64,000 nucleotides of DNA, taken from contig CAWJRV010000038.1 in the NCBI GenBank assembly GCA_963845355.1, forward strand, positions 13,590-77,589, in the 5' to 3' direction. Position numbers and translations under genes: made by a program. Position 1 is the first letter of the stretch, and each line of letters opens with the position of its first letter. The notes beneath the pieces are model-generated. The model saw only the letters and a program-made list of their open reading frames with translations, was not told the DNA's origin and ran no database searches. Positions 52,278 through 60,722 of this stretch are shown here, piece after piece. This stretch comes from an uncultured Actinomycetes bacterium. GTDB lineage: Bacteria > Actinomycetota > Thermoleophilia > UBA2241.

Positions 52278-52376
52278 GCTCCGGCTGACCCGCTCCGCCT
52301 GTTCGGGAGGGCTCGAGCGGACCCGCCACGCCTGTGCGCGAGCGCTCGAGTGGAGCCGCGCCGCCTGTCCGCGAGC
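52278..52376 (+). repeat. three imperfect 33-bp tandem repeats
   Basis: GCTCCGGCTGACCCGCTCCGCCTGTTCGGGAGG / GCTCGAGCGGACCCGCCACGCCTGTGCGCGAGC / GCTCGAGTGGAGCCGCGCCGCCTGTCCGCGAGC. They lie between tRNA-Glu and the GTG at 52382. Confidence 0.85.
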
Positions 52377-52381
52377 ACTCC

Positions 52382-52765
52382 GTGAGCGACTTCTCCAAGC
52401 GTGTCGAGACCGACGTCAACGCCTACCGGCTGCGCCTTGCGGCGCTGCCGGAGGGCGTTGTCGTCCTTGCCTGGGATTACCCAGGCTCCACGCTGCTGCG
52501 CGTGCGCATCATGCGCGCCTCGACCGACGACGTCGCGGCAGCCCCTCGGGCGTCGTCTTTGGCGCTGCCCTCCGGCACCGATCTTGCGCCCGACGCGCAC
52601 TGGCAGGTGGTCTACGACGCCGAATCGGGCTCGTGCCGCGATCATGCCGTCGAGCCGGGACACAGGTACCGCTACGCCGTCTTTGCCCGCAACGGCGACG
52701 AGCCTTGGGTGCTGTGGCGCGACGAGACGGTCACGGTGCCGTGTGCCGTGACACCCTCACCCTAG
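52382..52765 (+). CDS. small cytoplasmic Fn3-like protein (family with 46585)
   Basis: GTG start; the alternative is 52334, inside the repeats. ...YRLRLAALPEGVVVLAWDYPGSTLLRVRIMRAS...HWQVVYDAESG...GHRYRYAVFARNGDEPW. Confidence 0.6.
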   Translation: MSDFSKRVETDVNAYRLRLAALPEGVVVLAWDYPGSTLLRVRIMRASTDDVAAAPRASSLALPSGTDLAPDAHWQVVYDAESGSCRDHAVEPGHRYRYAVFARNGDEPWVLWRDETVTVPCAVTPSP

Positions 52766-52881
52766 CGGCCTGTGGCACCCTCCCCTTGGCTGGTCGCGCG
52801 CCCGCGAGGTGGGCCCTGCTCAGCCTCGCAGGCCTTCTGCCCGCGGCGTGGGCCCAGCCCAGGCCATGGCTGCGACCTTTC

Positions 52882-53220
52882 TCAGGCCGCCTTGATCGCC
52901 GCGCTCGGCGACTCGTCGGCCACCACCTCGTAGCGCTCGACGGCGGTGCGCCGGCCAACGCTGCCCTGTGGCGACATCGCGTCCAGCAGGCGGTCGGCCT
53001 CGCGGAGCTTCTCCTCGGTCTCGCAGAAGACGATCGTGGTCGCCGTGCCGTTCTCGCGATCGACGAGCATGAGCACGCGGTCGACCGCCCGACTCAGCTC
53101 GGCCATGGCAGGGTTGCCAGACCCTGCCTTCGTGGCGCTTAAGTCCCGGCTAAGCCGGTCGGCCTCGGACCGAAACGTCTCCGCCGCGCCGCCTTCGAAG
53201 CGAGCTATCCTCGCATACAT
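52882..53220 (-). CDS. hypothetical protein (ferredoxin-like/ABM-like size)
   Basis: Inner ATG after AAGGAGA. MYARIARFEGGAAETFRSEADRL...VLMLVDRENGTATTIVFCETEEKLREADRLL. Confidence 0.65.
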   Translation of the reverse strand: MYARIARFEGGAAETFRSEADRLSRDLSATKAGSGNPAMAELSRAVDRVLMLVDRENGTATTIVFCETEEKLREADRLLDAMSPQGSVGRRTAVERYEVVADESPSAAIKAA

Positions 53221-53402
53221 CGTGTCTCCTTTGCTCAAGGGGCGGGTCGAACGGCTCCCGCACAAGAGGGCGCTTCACAGTGCGCACCAAGGTCGCGGCC
53301 ATCCGTCCGCTCGTACAGGTCAGTGAGAAGACCCTTGCCGGGCGGGCGCCGGGGCAACCCCGTTGGTCGGCGGTCTCAGCGCACTCGGCGGTCTCAGCGC
53401 AC

Positions 53403-53780
53403 TCAGCGCTCGATCAGCTCGACCCAGGTGCCGTCGGGATCGGCCACGAAAGCGATGCGAGGGCGTCCGCCCTCGAGCCCGGCCGGCGGGCGGCCGACCT
53501 CGGTCGCGCCGGCCGCCACCAGCCGGGCGTAGGTTCCGTCCAGGTCGTCGACGTCAAAGGCGAAGTGGCCGAACCGGTCGCCGCCGTCGTAGGGTGAGTC
53601 TCTATCCCAGTTGTAGACGAGCTCGATCGCGAAGTTACCTTCGGCCGGCGCCATGAAGACCAGCGTCGCGCGGCCCTTGGTGAGCTCGCTGCGCCGCGCC
53701 TCGTGCAGGTCGAGCTGCTCGTAGAAGCGGATGGCGGCGTCGAGGTCGGTGGTGCGCGTGGCCGCGTGCACGAACTTCAT
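53403..53780 (-). CDS. VOC family protein (glyoxalase I-like)
   Basis: MKFVHAATRTTDLDAAIRFYEQ...FAIELVYNWD...GHFAFDVDDLDGTYARLVAAG...IAFVADPDGTWVELIE. Confidence 0.85.
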   Translation of the reverse strand: MKFVHAATRTTDLDAAIRFYEQLDLHEARRSELTKGRATLVFMAPAEGNFAIELVYNWDRDSPYDGGDRFGHFAFDVDDLDGTYARLVAAGATEVGRPPAGLEGGRPRIAFVADPDGTWVELIER

Positions 53781-53830
53781 CTCTGTCTCCCTCCGGGGGC
53801 CTGAAAAGGATGCACGGCATCCTACCCGGC

Positions 53831-53884
53831 GGACCGTGCGCTAACCTGACGGACCGTGCGCTAACCTGACGGACCGTGCGCTAT
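53831..53884 (+). promoter_or_regulatory. 2.7 copies of a 20-bp tandem repeat in a divergent promoter region, ending in a -10-like TATACT
   Basis: GGACCGTGCGCTAACCTGAC x2, then GGACCGTGCGCTAT. TATACT is at 53882-53887, 7 nt before the ATG at 53895. Confidence 0.6.
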
Positions 53885-53894
53885 ACTCCCGCGC

Positions 53895-54416
53895 ATGCCG
53901 CTGGTTTCCTTTAGAGGCAAGACCCCGCAGCTCGGTCACCAGGCGTTCGTCTTTTCGACCGCGGTGCTCATAGGCGACGTGGCCCTCGAAGAAGGCGCCA
54001 ACGTCTGGCCCGGCGCCGTGCTGCGCGGCGACGTCGAACACATACAGCTCGGCGCCTACACGAGCTTTCAGGACAACTCCGTGGCGCACACCGACCCGGG
54101 ATTTCCCATCACCGTGGGGGCCGACTGCATCATCGGCCACGGCGTCATTCTGCACGGCGCCACCATCGGCGCGCGCTGCCTCATAGGCATGGGAGCCATC
54201 CTGCTGAACGGCTGTGAGATCGGCGACGAGTGCATCGTCGGTGCCGGGGCGCTGGTCACGCAGGGCAAGGTCTTCGCGCCGCGCAGCCTCATAGTCGGCT
54301 CGCCGGCCAAGGCCGTGCGCGAGGTGACCGACGACGACCTCAAGCCGCGCGCCGAGCTGCGCGAACGCTACGCGCGGCGCGCGCTCGCCTACCTCGGGGC
54401 GGGGCTCGGCGTCTGA
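53895..54416 (+). CDS. gamma-carbonic anhydrase family / hexapeptide-repeat protein
   Basis: FVFSTAVLIGDVALEEGANVWPGAVLRGDVEHIQLGAYTSFQDNSVAHTD...IGHGVILHGATIG is the left-handed beta-helix pattern. Confidence 0.85.
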   Translation: MPLVSFRGKTPQLGHQAFVFSTAVLIGDVALEEGANVWPGAVLRGDVEHIQLGAYTSFQDNSVAHTDPGFPITVGADCIIGHGVILHGATIGARCLIGMGAILLNGCEIGDECIVGAGALVTQGKVFAPRSLIVGSPAKAVREVTDDDLKPRAELRERYARRALAYLGAGLGV

Positions 54417-54431
54417 GGCAACGATGCCGGC

Positions 54432-55028
54432 GTGAAGGCCATCACCGAGACCTTCTTTGCCGCCGATCGCGAGGCTTGGCGCGCCTGGCTTGCCCAACAC
54501 CACGCCGACCACGCCGAGATCTGGCTCGTGTTCTTGAAGAAGCACGTCGGGGAGCCTTGCGTCACGCTCGATGAGGCGGTCGAAGAGGCGCTCTGCTTCG
54601 GCTGGATCGACGGCCTGCTGCGCCGCATCGACGACCGCAGCCACGCTCTGCGCTTCAGCCCGCGCAAGGCGACGAGCCTGTGGTCGGCCAGTAACAAGGC
54701 GCGGGTCGAGCGGCTCACGGCTGAAGGACGCATGGCCCCGGCCGGCCTGGCGGTCGTCGAGGCGGCCAGGGCCAACGGCTCGTGGGACGATCTCACCTCG
54801 CGGATGGTCGACAGGACTCCCGACGACCTCGAGCGGGCGCTGGCGGGTGTGCCCGCGGCAGCCGCGCGCTGGCGCGCCTGGCCGCCGTCGCACCGGCGGG
54901 CGTTCGTCGCCTGGGTGACCCAGGCAAAGCGCTCCGAGACGCGGCAGCGGCGCGTCGACGAAGTCGTGCGCCGCGCCGCGGCGAACCTGCGGCCCGGCGA
55001 CGAGCTCAGGAGATCGCCGGCCGACTGA
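54432..55028 (+). CDS. YdeI/OmpD-associated family protein
   Basis: GTG start. WRAWLAQHHADHAEIWLVFLKK...EEALCFGWIDGLLRRIDDRSHALRFSPRKATSLWSASNKARVERL. Confidence 0.8.
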   Translation: MKAITETFFAADREAWRAWLAQHHADHAEIWLVFLKKHVGEPCVTLDEAVEEALCFGWIDGLLRRIDDRSHALRFSPRKATSLWSASNKARVERLTAEGRMAPAGLAVVEAARANGSWDDLTSRMVDRTPDDLERALAGVPAAAARWRAWPPSHRRAFVAWVTQAKRSETRQRRVDEVVRRAAANLRPGDELRRSPAD

Positions 55029-55149
55029 GACCGGGCGACGATGTCAGGGGGCCGCCGACCGACTCGATCGACCAAGGGCCGGGCGCCGGGCGCGCACCGG
55101 CTGCGTTCGCCGGCCGCGTGCGCCGATCGCGCGCGTCGGCCGTGTGCGG

Positions 55150-55923
55150 CTACTCCTCGCGCTGTCGCCTGACCTCGGCGACCAGCCGCGGCAGCACCTC
55201 GCCGCCTGGCCCCTGAAGGAACCAGTCGGCCATGGTCGCGATGGCGTCGGATTCGGGGTTGACGTCGATCAGAGCCGCACCGGCCTGCTGGGCGAGCACC
55301 GGCACCATGGCGGCTGGGTAGACCACTCCCGAGGTGCCGACGGCCAGCAGCACCTCGCAACGCGAGGCCAGCTCGAGCGCCCGGTCGAGCGCCGCGGGCG
55401 GCAGCCCCTCGCCGAACCAGACGACGTCGGGGCGCACGATATCGCCGCAGTGCGGGCAGCGAGGCGGAGCCTCGTCGCTGCCCCCGAGGTCGGCCAGCGT
55501 GAGTCCGGTGTGGCGCTCGGTCAGGCACTTGAACCGCTGGGCGCTGCCGTGCAGTTCGATGACGTCGCGCGAGCCGGCGCGCTGGTGCAGTCCGTCGATG
55601 TTCTGGGTGACGATGGTGAGCGGCACGAGCTCGGCGAGCTCGACCAGCGCGATGTGTCCGGGATTGGGCTGAGCCTGCTCGATCTGCCCGAAGCGGTCCA
55701 TGTACCAGCCCCATACGAACGCCGGGTCGCGCGCGTACGCTTCGGCGGTGGCGAGTTTCATGGGGTCGTACCTGGCCCAAAGGCCTGTGCCGGGTTCACG
55801 AAAGGTCGCGATGCCCGACTCCTTCGACACGCCGGCGCCGCTGTAGACAACGACGCGCCGCGCGCCCGCCAGGCGCGTCGCTGCCGCTCGCAGATCGGTC
55901 GCAAGTCGTTCGTCGTCACTCAC
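55150..55923 (-). CDS. cobB: NAD-dependent protein deacylase (Sir2 family)
   Basis: VVVYSGAGVSKESGIATFR...TQNIDGLHQRAG...ELHG...CPHCGDIVRPDVVWFGE...VGTSGVVYPAA. Confidence 0.9.
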   Translation of the reverse strand: MSDDERLATDLRAAATRLAGARRVVVYSGAGVSKESGIATFREPGTGLWARYDPMKLATAEAYARDPAFVWGWYMDRFGQIEQAQPNPGHIALVELAELVPLTIVTQNIDGLHQRAGSRDVIELHGSAQRFKCLTERHTGLTLADLGGSDEAPPRCPHCGDIVRPDVVWFGEGLPPAALDRALELASRCEVLLAVGTSGVVYPAAMVPVLAQQAGAALIDVNPESDAIATMADWFLQGPGGEVLPRLVAEVRRQREE

Positions 55924-56266
55924 CTTGCGCCGCCGCTCGTCTCATGCCGCCACTCGTCTGTCGTTGCCCGCGTCGCTCATGGGTCGCCGCCGCTCATCTC
56001 TCCCGTCCGTCTCATCGATGCCGTCGTGCGCCACCGTCGAGGGTTGCCAGGCGCCAACGTGGCGACGTGCGAACGTCACCCAAATCGGCACGGCGTGTCG
56101 TCGTGCACACCTGCCTTGGGCACTATACGCTTGGAGCGACCTCATGGGCCTTCTCGAGCGTCAGGGCACGCAGCTCCAGGTGCCGCGGCCGTCCCGGTCA
56201 CGGGTAAGACCATGAGACATGCCGGCGCCAGCGTGAATGCCGGCGCTATCGTGAAGGAGTAGCGAC

Positions 56267-56782
56267 TTGGGCGGCGAGGCCCAGAAGCTCAGATTCCATC
56301 TCGAGCCCGGTGCGCCCGAACCGCCGCGTCCCGAGCCGCCCCGCGTCGGCCTGTGGAGCCTTGTAGCGCACATGGTGCTCATGGTCCCGCTCATACCGGC
56401 GACCATCCTCAACGCGGTCGTCACGGTCCTGACGGTGCCGTATGTCTTTCGTGCGCTGAGCTCGCCTGGGCATAAGGTCGCCACGAGCATCGGGACGGCT
56501 CCCGTGTCGGTCGTCGTGCTCGCCCTCTTTCTGGTCGTCATGATCCTGGGGCTGGCGCTGCTCACTGCGACGATGGTCCTGCTGGCTCGAACCATCATCG
56601 CGCATCGCCCGTGGCGGGTCATCCTGTTCGGCGCCGTCGGCATGCTCGCCGTGGGCGCGGCCGCGCTGGTCTTCACCAGCGACGGCACGGCGGCGACGGC
56701 GGCGGTGTTCGGGGTCTACGTCTACGTGGCGGCGGTCGCGCTCGGTCACTTGCTCTGGCCGGTTCAACGCAGTACGCCGTGA
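56267..56782 (+). CDS. integral membrane protein
   Basis: TTG start, 171 aa with about 4 TM helices. Confidence 0.55.
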   Translation: MGGEAQKLRFHLEPGAPEPPRPEPPRVGLWSLVAHMVLMVPLIPATILNAVVTVLTVPYVFRALSSPGHKVATSIGTAPVSVVVLALFLVVMILGLALLTATMVLLARTIIAHRPWRVILFGAVGMLAVGAAALVFTSDGTAATAAVFGVYVYVAAVALGHLLWPVQRSTP

Positions 56783-57057
56783 CCTTGCCGTCGCGCCGCA
56801 CCGGGGCTTTACTGGGGCGGTCGCCAACGCTGGTGAGACCACTCCTAGGGGGGTAGAACCAGGGGGCACGCGGTGGCCGCCGCCGCCGCGGCACGCAAGG
56901 GGGTATCGTGCCGGAACATGCAGCTGAGCCTGAGCGAGGCTTGCGCGATTTGCGCGCGCTGGGTGCGCTCACACCGCCCGGTGTGCAGTTCCCAGCCGTC
57001 GGAGGCGTTCGTCACCTCCTCGAGCGTGGGCGCCGTCGTCTGGCGCGGCTACGCTTT

Positions 57058-57819
57058 ATGCCGCTCCTGCGCCCCGTCGGGCCGCTGCCGCTCATCGTCA
57101 TCATCGCGCTGGCCCTGCCGTCGACGATCAGCCTGACGGTCAGTATGGGGATCAGCGTGGCGCGCTACCACGCGGCGTCAATACCGCCGCGGCTCGGTCA
57201 GGGCGCCCTCGAGACGTCGAGTAACTGGGCCGGCTACGTGGCCTCCCACGGCCGTTTCACCAGCGTGAGCGCCTCGTGGACGGTGCCGCTCGTCAAGGGT
57301 GGCCTCCAGCCGACCGAGGTCGCGGCGATGTGGGTCGGTCTCGACGGTCGCGGCACCTCGACCCTCGAGCAGATCGGCACGATCAGCGGCATGCTCGGCG
57401 GCAGCCCCGCCTACGAGGTCTGGTTCGAGATCGTCCCCAAGGCGCCCGAGTACGTGCAGATGACTCTCAAGCCCGGCGACTCGGTCACCGCGAGCGTCAC
57501 CGCGAGCGGAAACGGCCAGTTCACCCTGTTCATCAGAGACAACACGACCCACACCGACTTCTCCACCGTGCAGCCGAGCGCCGGCGCCGAGCTGGTCACA
57601 GCCGAGGTGGTCGCCGAAGCGCCGGCCACCATATCGGGGCCGTCGCCGCTGCCCGACTTCGGCACGGTCCGCTTCACCAACGCGAGGGCCAACGGCCGGC
57701 CGATCGGCACCTTCACCTGGGATCGCCTGAGCATGAGCTCCGGGACCATTGCGCAAGCCGACACGTCGGCGCTGGCGCGCGACGCCGGCAGCTTCTCGGT
57801 GACCTGGCGGCACGAGTAG
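57058..57819 (+). CDS. membrane-anchored peptidase G1 (eqolisin/scytalidoglutamic, A4) family protein
   Basis: Inner ATG and a TM LPLIVIIALALPSTISL, then SSNWAGYVAS...MWVGLDG...YEVWFEIVP...AEVVAEAP...PLPDFGTVRF. Confidence 0.8.
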   Translation: MPLLRPVGPLPLIVIIALALPSTISLTVSMGISVARYHAASIPPRLGQGALETSSNWAGYVASHGRFTSVSASWTVPLVKGGLQPTEVAAMWVGLDGRGTSTLEQIGTISGMLGGSPAYEVWFEIVPKAPEYVQMTLKPGDSVTASVTASGNGQFTLFIRDNTTHTDFSTVQPSAGAELVTAEVVAEAPATISGPSPLPDFGTVRFTNARANGRPIGTFTWDRLSMSSGTIAQADTSALARDAGSFSVTWRHE

Positions 57820-57916
57820 ATCCGCACCACCCGGGAACAGTCTCCCTGTTGACTCACGCGCGTGGCGGGCACGGACCCGTGCCGGTCACGTCGACCAACA
57901 GAGAAGACGGACGATC

Positions 57917-58738
57917 ATGGCAGACGATCACGACCCGGGCGTCGCCGCGGGGCCCCCTGGTTCCCCAGCGCCCATCTCGAATCTGCCGCGGCCTCGGTTG
58001 CCGCTCTGGCCGGTGCTCGCGGCGCTGCTGCTGATCGTGGCGATCGCCACGGGTCTCACCATCCACCTCGCCCGCAGCGGCGCGCTCACACTCATGGGGA
58101 TCACGAACGGTGACACCGAGAGCTCGCTCAACTGGTCCGGGTATCTGGTTTCGCACGCCCGCTTCACGAGCGTCACGGCGACCTGGACGGTGCCGGCCGT
58201 GCTGTCGACCTCCGACTCCAGAGCCACGGCGAGCTTCTGGGTCGGGCTCGACGGTCGCGACGGTCGCAGCCTGCAACAGATCGGCACGACAAGCGGTGCG
58301 ACGGGCTCCATGACGGGCCCCGCGGCGCGGTATGGCGCCTGGTGGGAGATGCTGCCCGGGCCGGCGGTCGACGTGCCCGTGACGATCGCGCCGGGCGACT
58401 CGATCACTGCCAGTGTCGTGGCCGACGGCCACGGCACGTTTCTTTTGAGCCTGAGCGACAACACGAACGGTCAGCGGTTCACGACCAGGCAGGTCGACGC
58501 CGCGGCGACTCTGTCGTCGGCCGAGGTCGTCGCCGAGGCGCCCTCGTCGGCGGACGGGCTGCTGCCGCTGGCCGACTTCGGCGTGGTCCATTTCGTCGGC
58601 GCGCGGGCCAACGGCAAGCCGCTCGCGACGTTCGCTCTGAGCAGGGTGATCATGACCTCGGGCCCGCGGACCGTCGCCGCGGCGTCGCCGCTGTCACGCA
58701 CAGGTACGGACTTCACTGTGGCCTGGGAACGGCCCTAG
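57917..58738 (+). CDS. membrane-anchored peptidase G1 family protein, tandem paralog
   Basis: TM LWPVLAALLLIVAIATGL, then SLNWSGYLVS...FWVGLDG...YGAWWEMLP...AEVVAEAP...PLADFGVVHF. Confidence 0.8.
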   Translation: MADDHDPGVAAGPPGSPAPISNLPRPRLPLWPVLAALLLIVAIATGLTIHLARSGALTLMGITNGDTESSLNWSGYLVSHARFTSVTATWTVPAVLSTSDSRATASFWVGLDGRDGRSLQQIGTTSGATGSMTGPAARYGAWWEMLPGPAVDVPVTIAPGDSITASVVADGHGTFLLSLSDNTNGQRFTTRQVDAAATLSSAEVVAEAPSSADGLLPLADFGVVHFVGARANGKPLATFALSRVIMTSGPRTVAAASPLSRTGTDFTVAWERP

Positions 58739-58933
58739 CCGGTCCCATCTGCTCGCCGCCACCAACCTGGTGGCGCCCGTTACGCGTGTGCTAGGTTACG
58801 GCTGGAATTCCAGCGACCGCGGCCGGGGGGTGCGAGGCTCGACGCTTTGGTGGTCCGCCTCGTCATGCGCCGGTCGACACGCCAGCCGCTGATCCGCCCC
58901 GTATCGCAGAAACGACCGACAAGGAGGCTGACG

Positions 58934-60514
58934 TTGGCCACTGAAGAGCAGCAGCCGACGGCCGAGGAGCTCAAGGCCAAGGCCTACCAGCCCATGGACG
59001 ACGCGATCAAGCTCCATCCGTTCTACCGCGGCAAGATCGAGACCACGCTCAAATGCTGCGTGCGCGACTTTCAGGACTTCGCCATCTGGTATACGCCGGG
59101 CGTCTCCAAGCCCTGCCTCGAGATTCAGGCCGACCCCGAGAAGGCCTACGAGTACACCAACAAGTGGAACACGGTGGCGGTCATCTCCGACGGCACCCGC
59201 GTGCTGGGCATGGGCGACATCGGTCCCAAGGCCGGCCTGCCGGTCATGGAAGGCAAGTCACTGCTCTACCGGTATCTCGGCGGGGTCGACGGCTTTCCGC
59301 TGATGGTCGACACCAAAGACCCCGACAAGTTCATCGAGTTCGTCAAGCTGGCGCAGCCCGGGCTGGGGGGCGTGAACCTCGAAGACATCGCCCAGCCCAA
59401 GTGCTTCCGCATCCTCGACACGCTGCGCGAGGAGTGCGAGATCCCGATCTGGCACGACGACCAGCAGGGCACCGCCTGCGTCACCCTGGCCGGCCTCATC
59501 AACGCTCTCAAGGTCGTCGGCCGCAACATGGCCGACGTGAAGATCGCGTTCATCGGCTGCGGCGCCGCCAACGTCGCCATCAGCCGCCTGATCTTTGCCT
59601 TCGGCGCCGACCCTGCCAAGGCCATGCTGGTCGACAGCAAAGGCATCCTGCACAAGGGCCGCGCCGACATCGAGGCCGTCAAGGACGAGTGGCGCGACAA
59701 GTACAAGTACTGCCAGATCACCAACGCAGAGCAGCGCACCGGCGGCATCGCCGACGCGCTCAAGGGCGCCGACGTCTGCATCGCCCTGTCCAAGCAGGGC
59801 CCCGACACGATCGACAAGGAATGGATCCGCGCCATGGCGCCCGACCCGATCGTCTTTCTGTGCTCCAACCCCATCCCCGAGATGTGGCCCTGGGACGCCA
59901 AAGAGGCCGGCGCCGCGGTCGTGGCCACCGGGCGCTCCGACTTTCCAAACCAGGTCAACAATTCGGTCGGGTTCCCCGGCATCTTCCGGGGCACGCTCGA
60001 CGTGCGCGCCAAGACGATCACAGACGAGATGTGCATCGCCGCCGCGGTCGAGCTCGCCAAGGTGGCAGAGGACAAGGGACTCACGGCCGACTTCATCATG
60101 CCGACCATGGACGACTGGGAGGTCTTCCCGCGCGAGGCGGCGGCGGTGGCCACGAAGGCCATCGAGCAGGGCGTGGCGCTGCGCACAGACGTCACGTTCG
60201 AGCAGGAGGTCGCCGAGGCGACGGCGATCATCGCCCGGGCCCGCGGCCTGGTGCAGGACGCCGAGTCGCTGGGCTACATCAAGATGCCCGAAGGCAGCCC
60301 GCCGCCGCTGCCGAGCGCCGAGAGCATGAAGGCCCTCGGGCGCACGATCGCCGCGCAGGCCGCCGGCGCCGCCGGCGGGGCCGCCGACAAGGCGGGCGGC
60401 GCCGCGCAGAGGGCCGGCGACGCGGCGCAGAAGGCCGCCGAGACCATCCAGGAGTACGCTCGCAAGGCGGCCGAGGCCGCCCGCAAGGCGATGGAAGACC
60501 GGCGCAACAAGTAG
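58934..60514 (+). CDS. NAD(P)-dependent malic enzyme with an Ala/Lys-rich C-terminal tail
   Basis: TTG after AAGGAGG. FAIWYTPGVSKPC...VAVISDGTRVLGMGDIGPKAGLPVMEGKSLLY...NLEDIAQPKCF...WHDDQQGTA...IGCGAANVA. The last 100 aa or so are low complexity (AAGAAGGAADKAGGAAQRAGDAAQKAAE...). Confidence 0.9.
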   Translation: MATEEQQPTAEELKAKAYQPMDDAIKLHPFYRGKIETTLKCCVRDFQDFAIWYTPGVSKPCLEIQADPEKAYEYTNKWNTVAVISDGTRVLGMGDIGPKAGLPVMEGKSLLYRYLGGVDGFPLMVDTKDPDKFIEFVKLAQPGLGGVNLEDIAQPKCFRILDTLREECEIPIWHDDQQGTACVTLAGLINALKVVGRNMADVKIAFIGCGAANVAISRLIFAFGADPAKAMLVDSKGILHKGRADIEAVKDEWRDKYKYCQITNAEQRTGGIADALKGADVCIALSKQGPDTIDKEWIRAMAPDPIVFLCSNPIPEMWPWDAKEAGAAVVATGRSDFPNQVNNSVGFPGIFRGTLDVRAKTITDEMCIAAAVELAKVAEDKGLTADFIMPTMDDWEVFPREAAAVATKAIEQGVALRTDVTFEQEVAEATAIIARARGLVQDAESLGYIKMPEGSPPPLPSAESMKALGRTIAAQAAGAAGGAADKAGGAAQRAGDAAQKAAETIQEYARKAAEAARKAMEDRRNK

Positions 60515-60542
60515 GCGCGACAGCGCGGGACCGCGGGGCGCG

Positions 60543-60677
60543 GTGATCGTGAGCGACCAGGAGTGGCAGACTCGATCGGCATGGCGCTTCATGCTGCCCT
60601 GGGCGCTGCTGCCGCTGGCGCTCGCGATCATCACGGCGGCGGATTGGTTGAGCCATCGGCGTGGCCGGGGCAAGTGA
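60543..60677 (+). CDS. possible 44-aa membrane peptide
   Basis: Own reading: V IVSDQEWQTRSAWRFMLPWALLPLALAIITAADWLSHRRGRGK. It has one TM, is below the ORF-track cutoff, and has no strong RBS. Confidence 0.3.
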   Translation: MIVSDQEWQTRSAWRFMLPWALLPLALAIITAADWLSHRRGRGK

Positions 60678-60722
60678 GTCGCGTTCCGCGTCTGGTCGCC
60701 GACCGGCAGAAAGGGGGTTGAC

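Noticed and set aside
52278-53884. Short tandem repeats (33-bp x3 at 52278, 18-bp x2 at 53369-53404, 20-bp x2.7 at 53831, 20-bp x2 at 9071) considered as possible CRISPR arrays.
   Set aside because: The units are contiguous with no unique spacers, there are only 2-3 copies, and no cas genes are present. They are not CRISPR.
56873-57136. Cys-rich ORF (MQLSLSEACAICARWV...YALCRSC...) overlapping the start of the first G1 peptidase. It was considered as a zinc-ribbon N-terminus joined by a frameshift.
   Set aside because: The paralogous peptidase has no such extension. The ORF is Ser/Arg/Cys-rich, as expected from an off-frame read of GC-rich DNA. The in-frame ATG at 57058 followed by a TM helix is sufficient.
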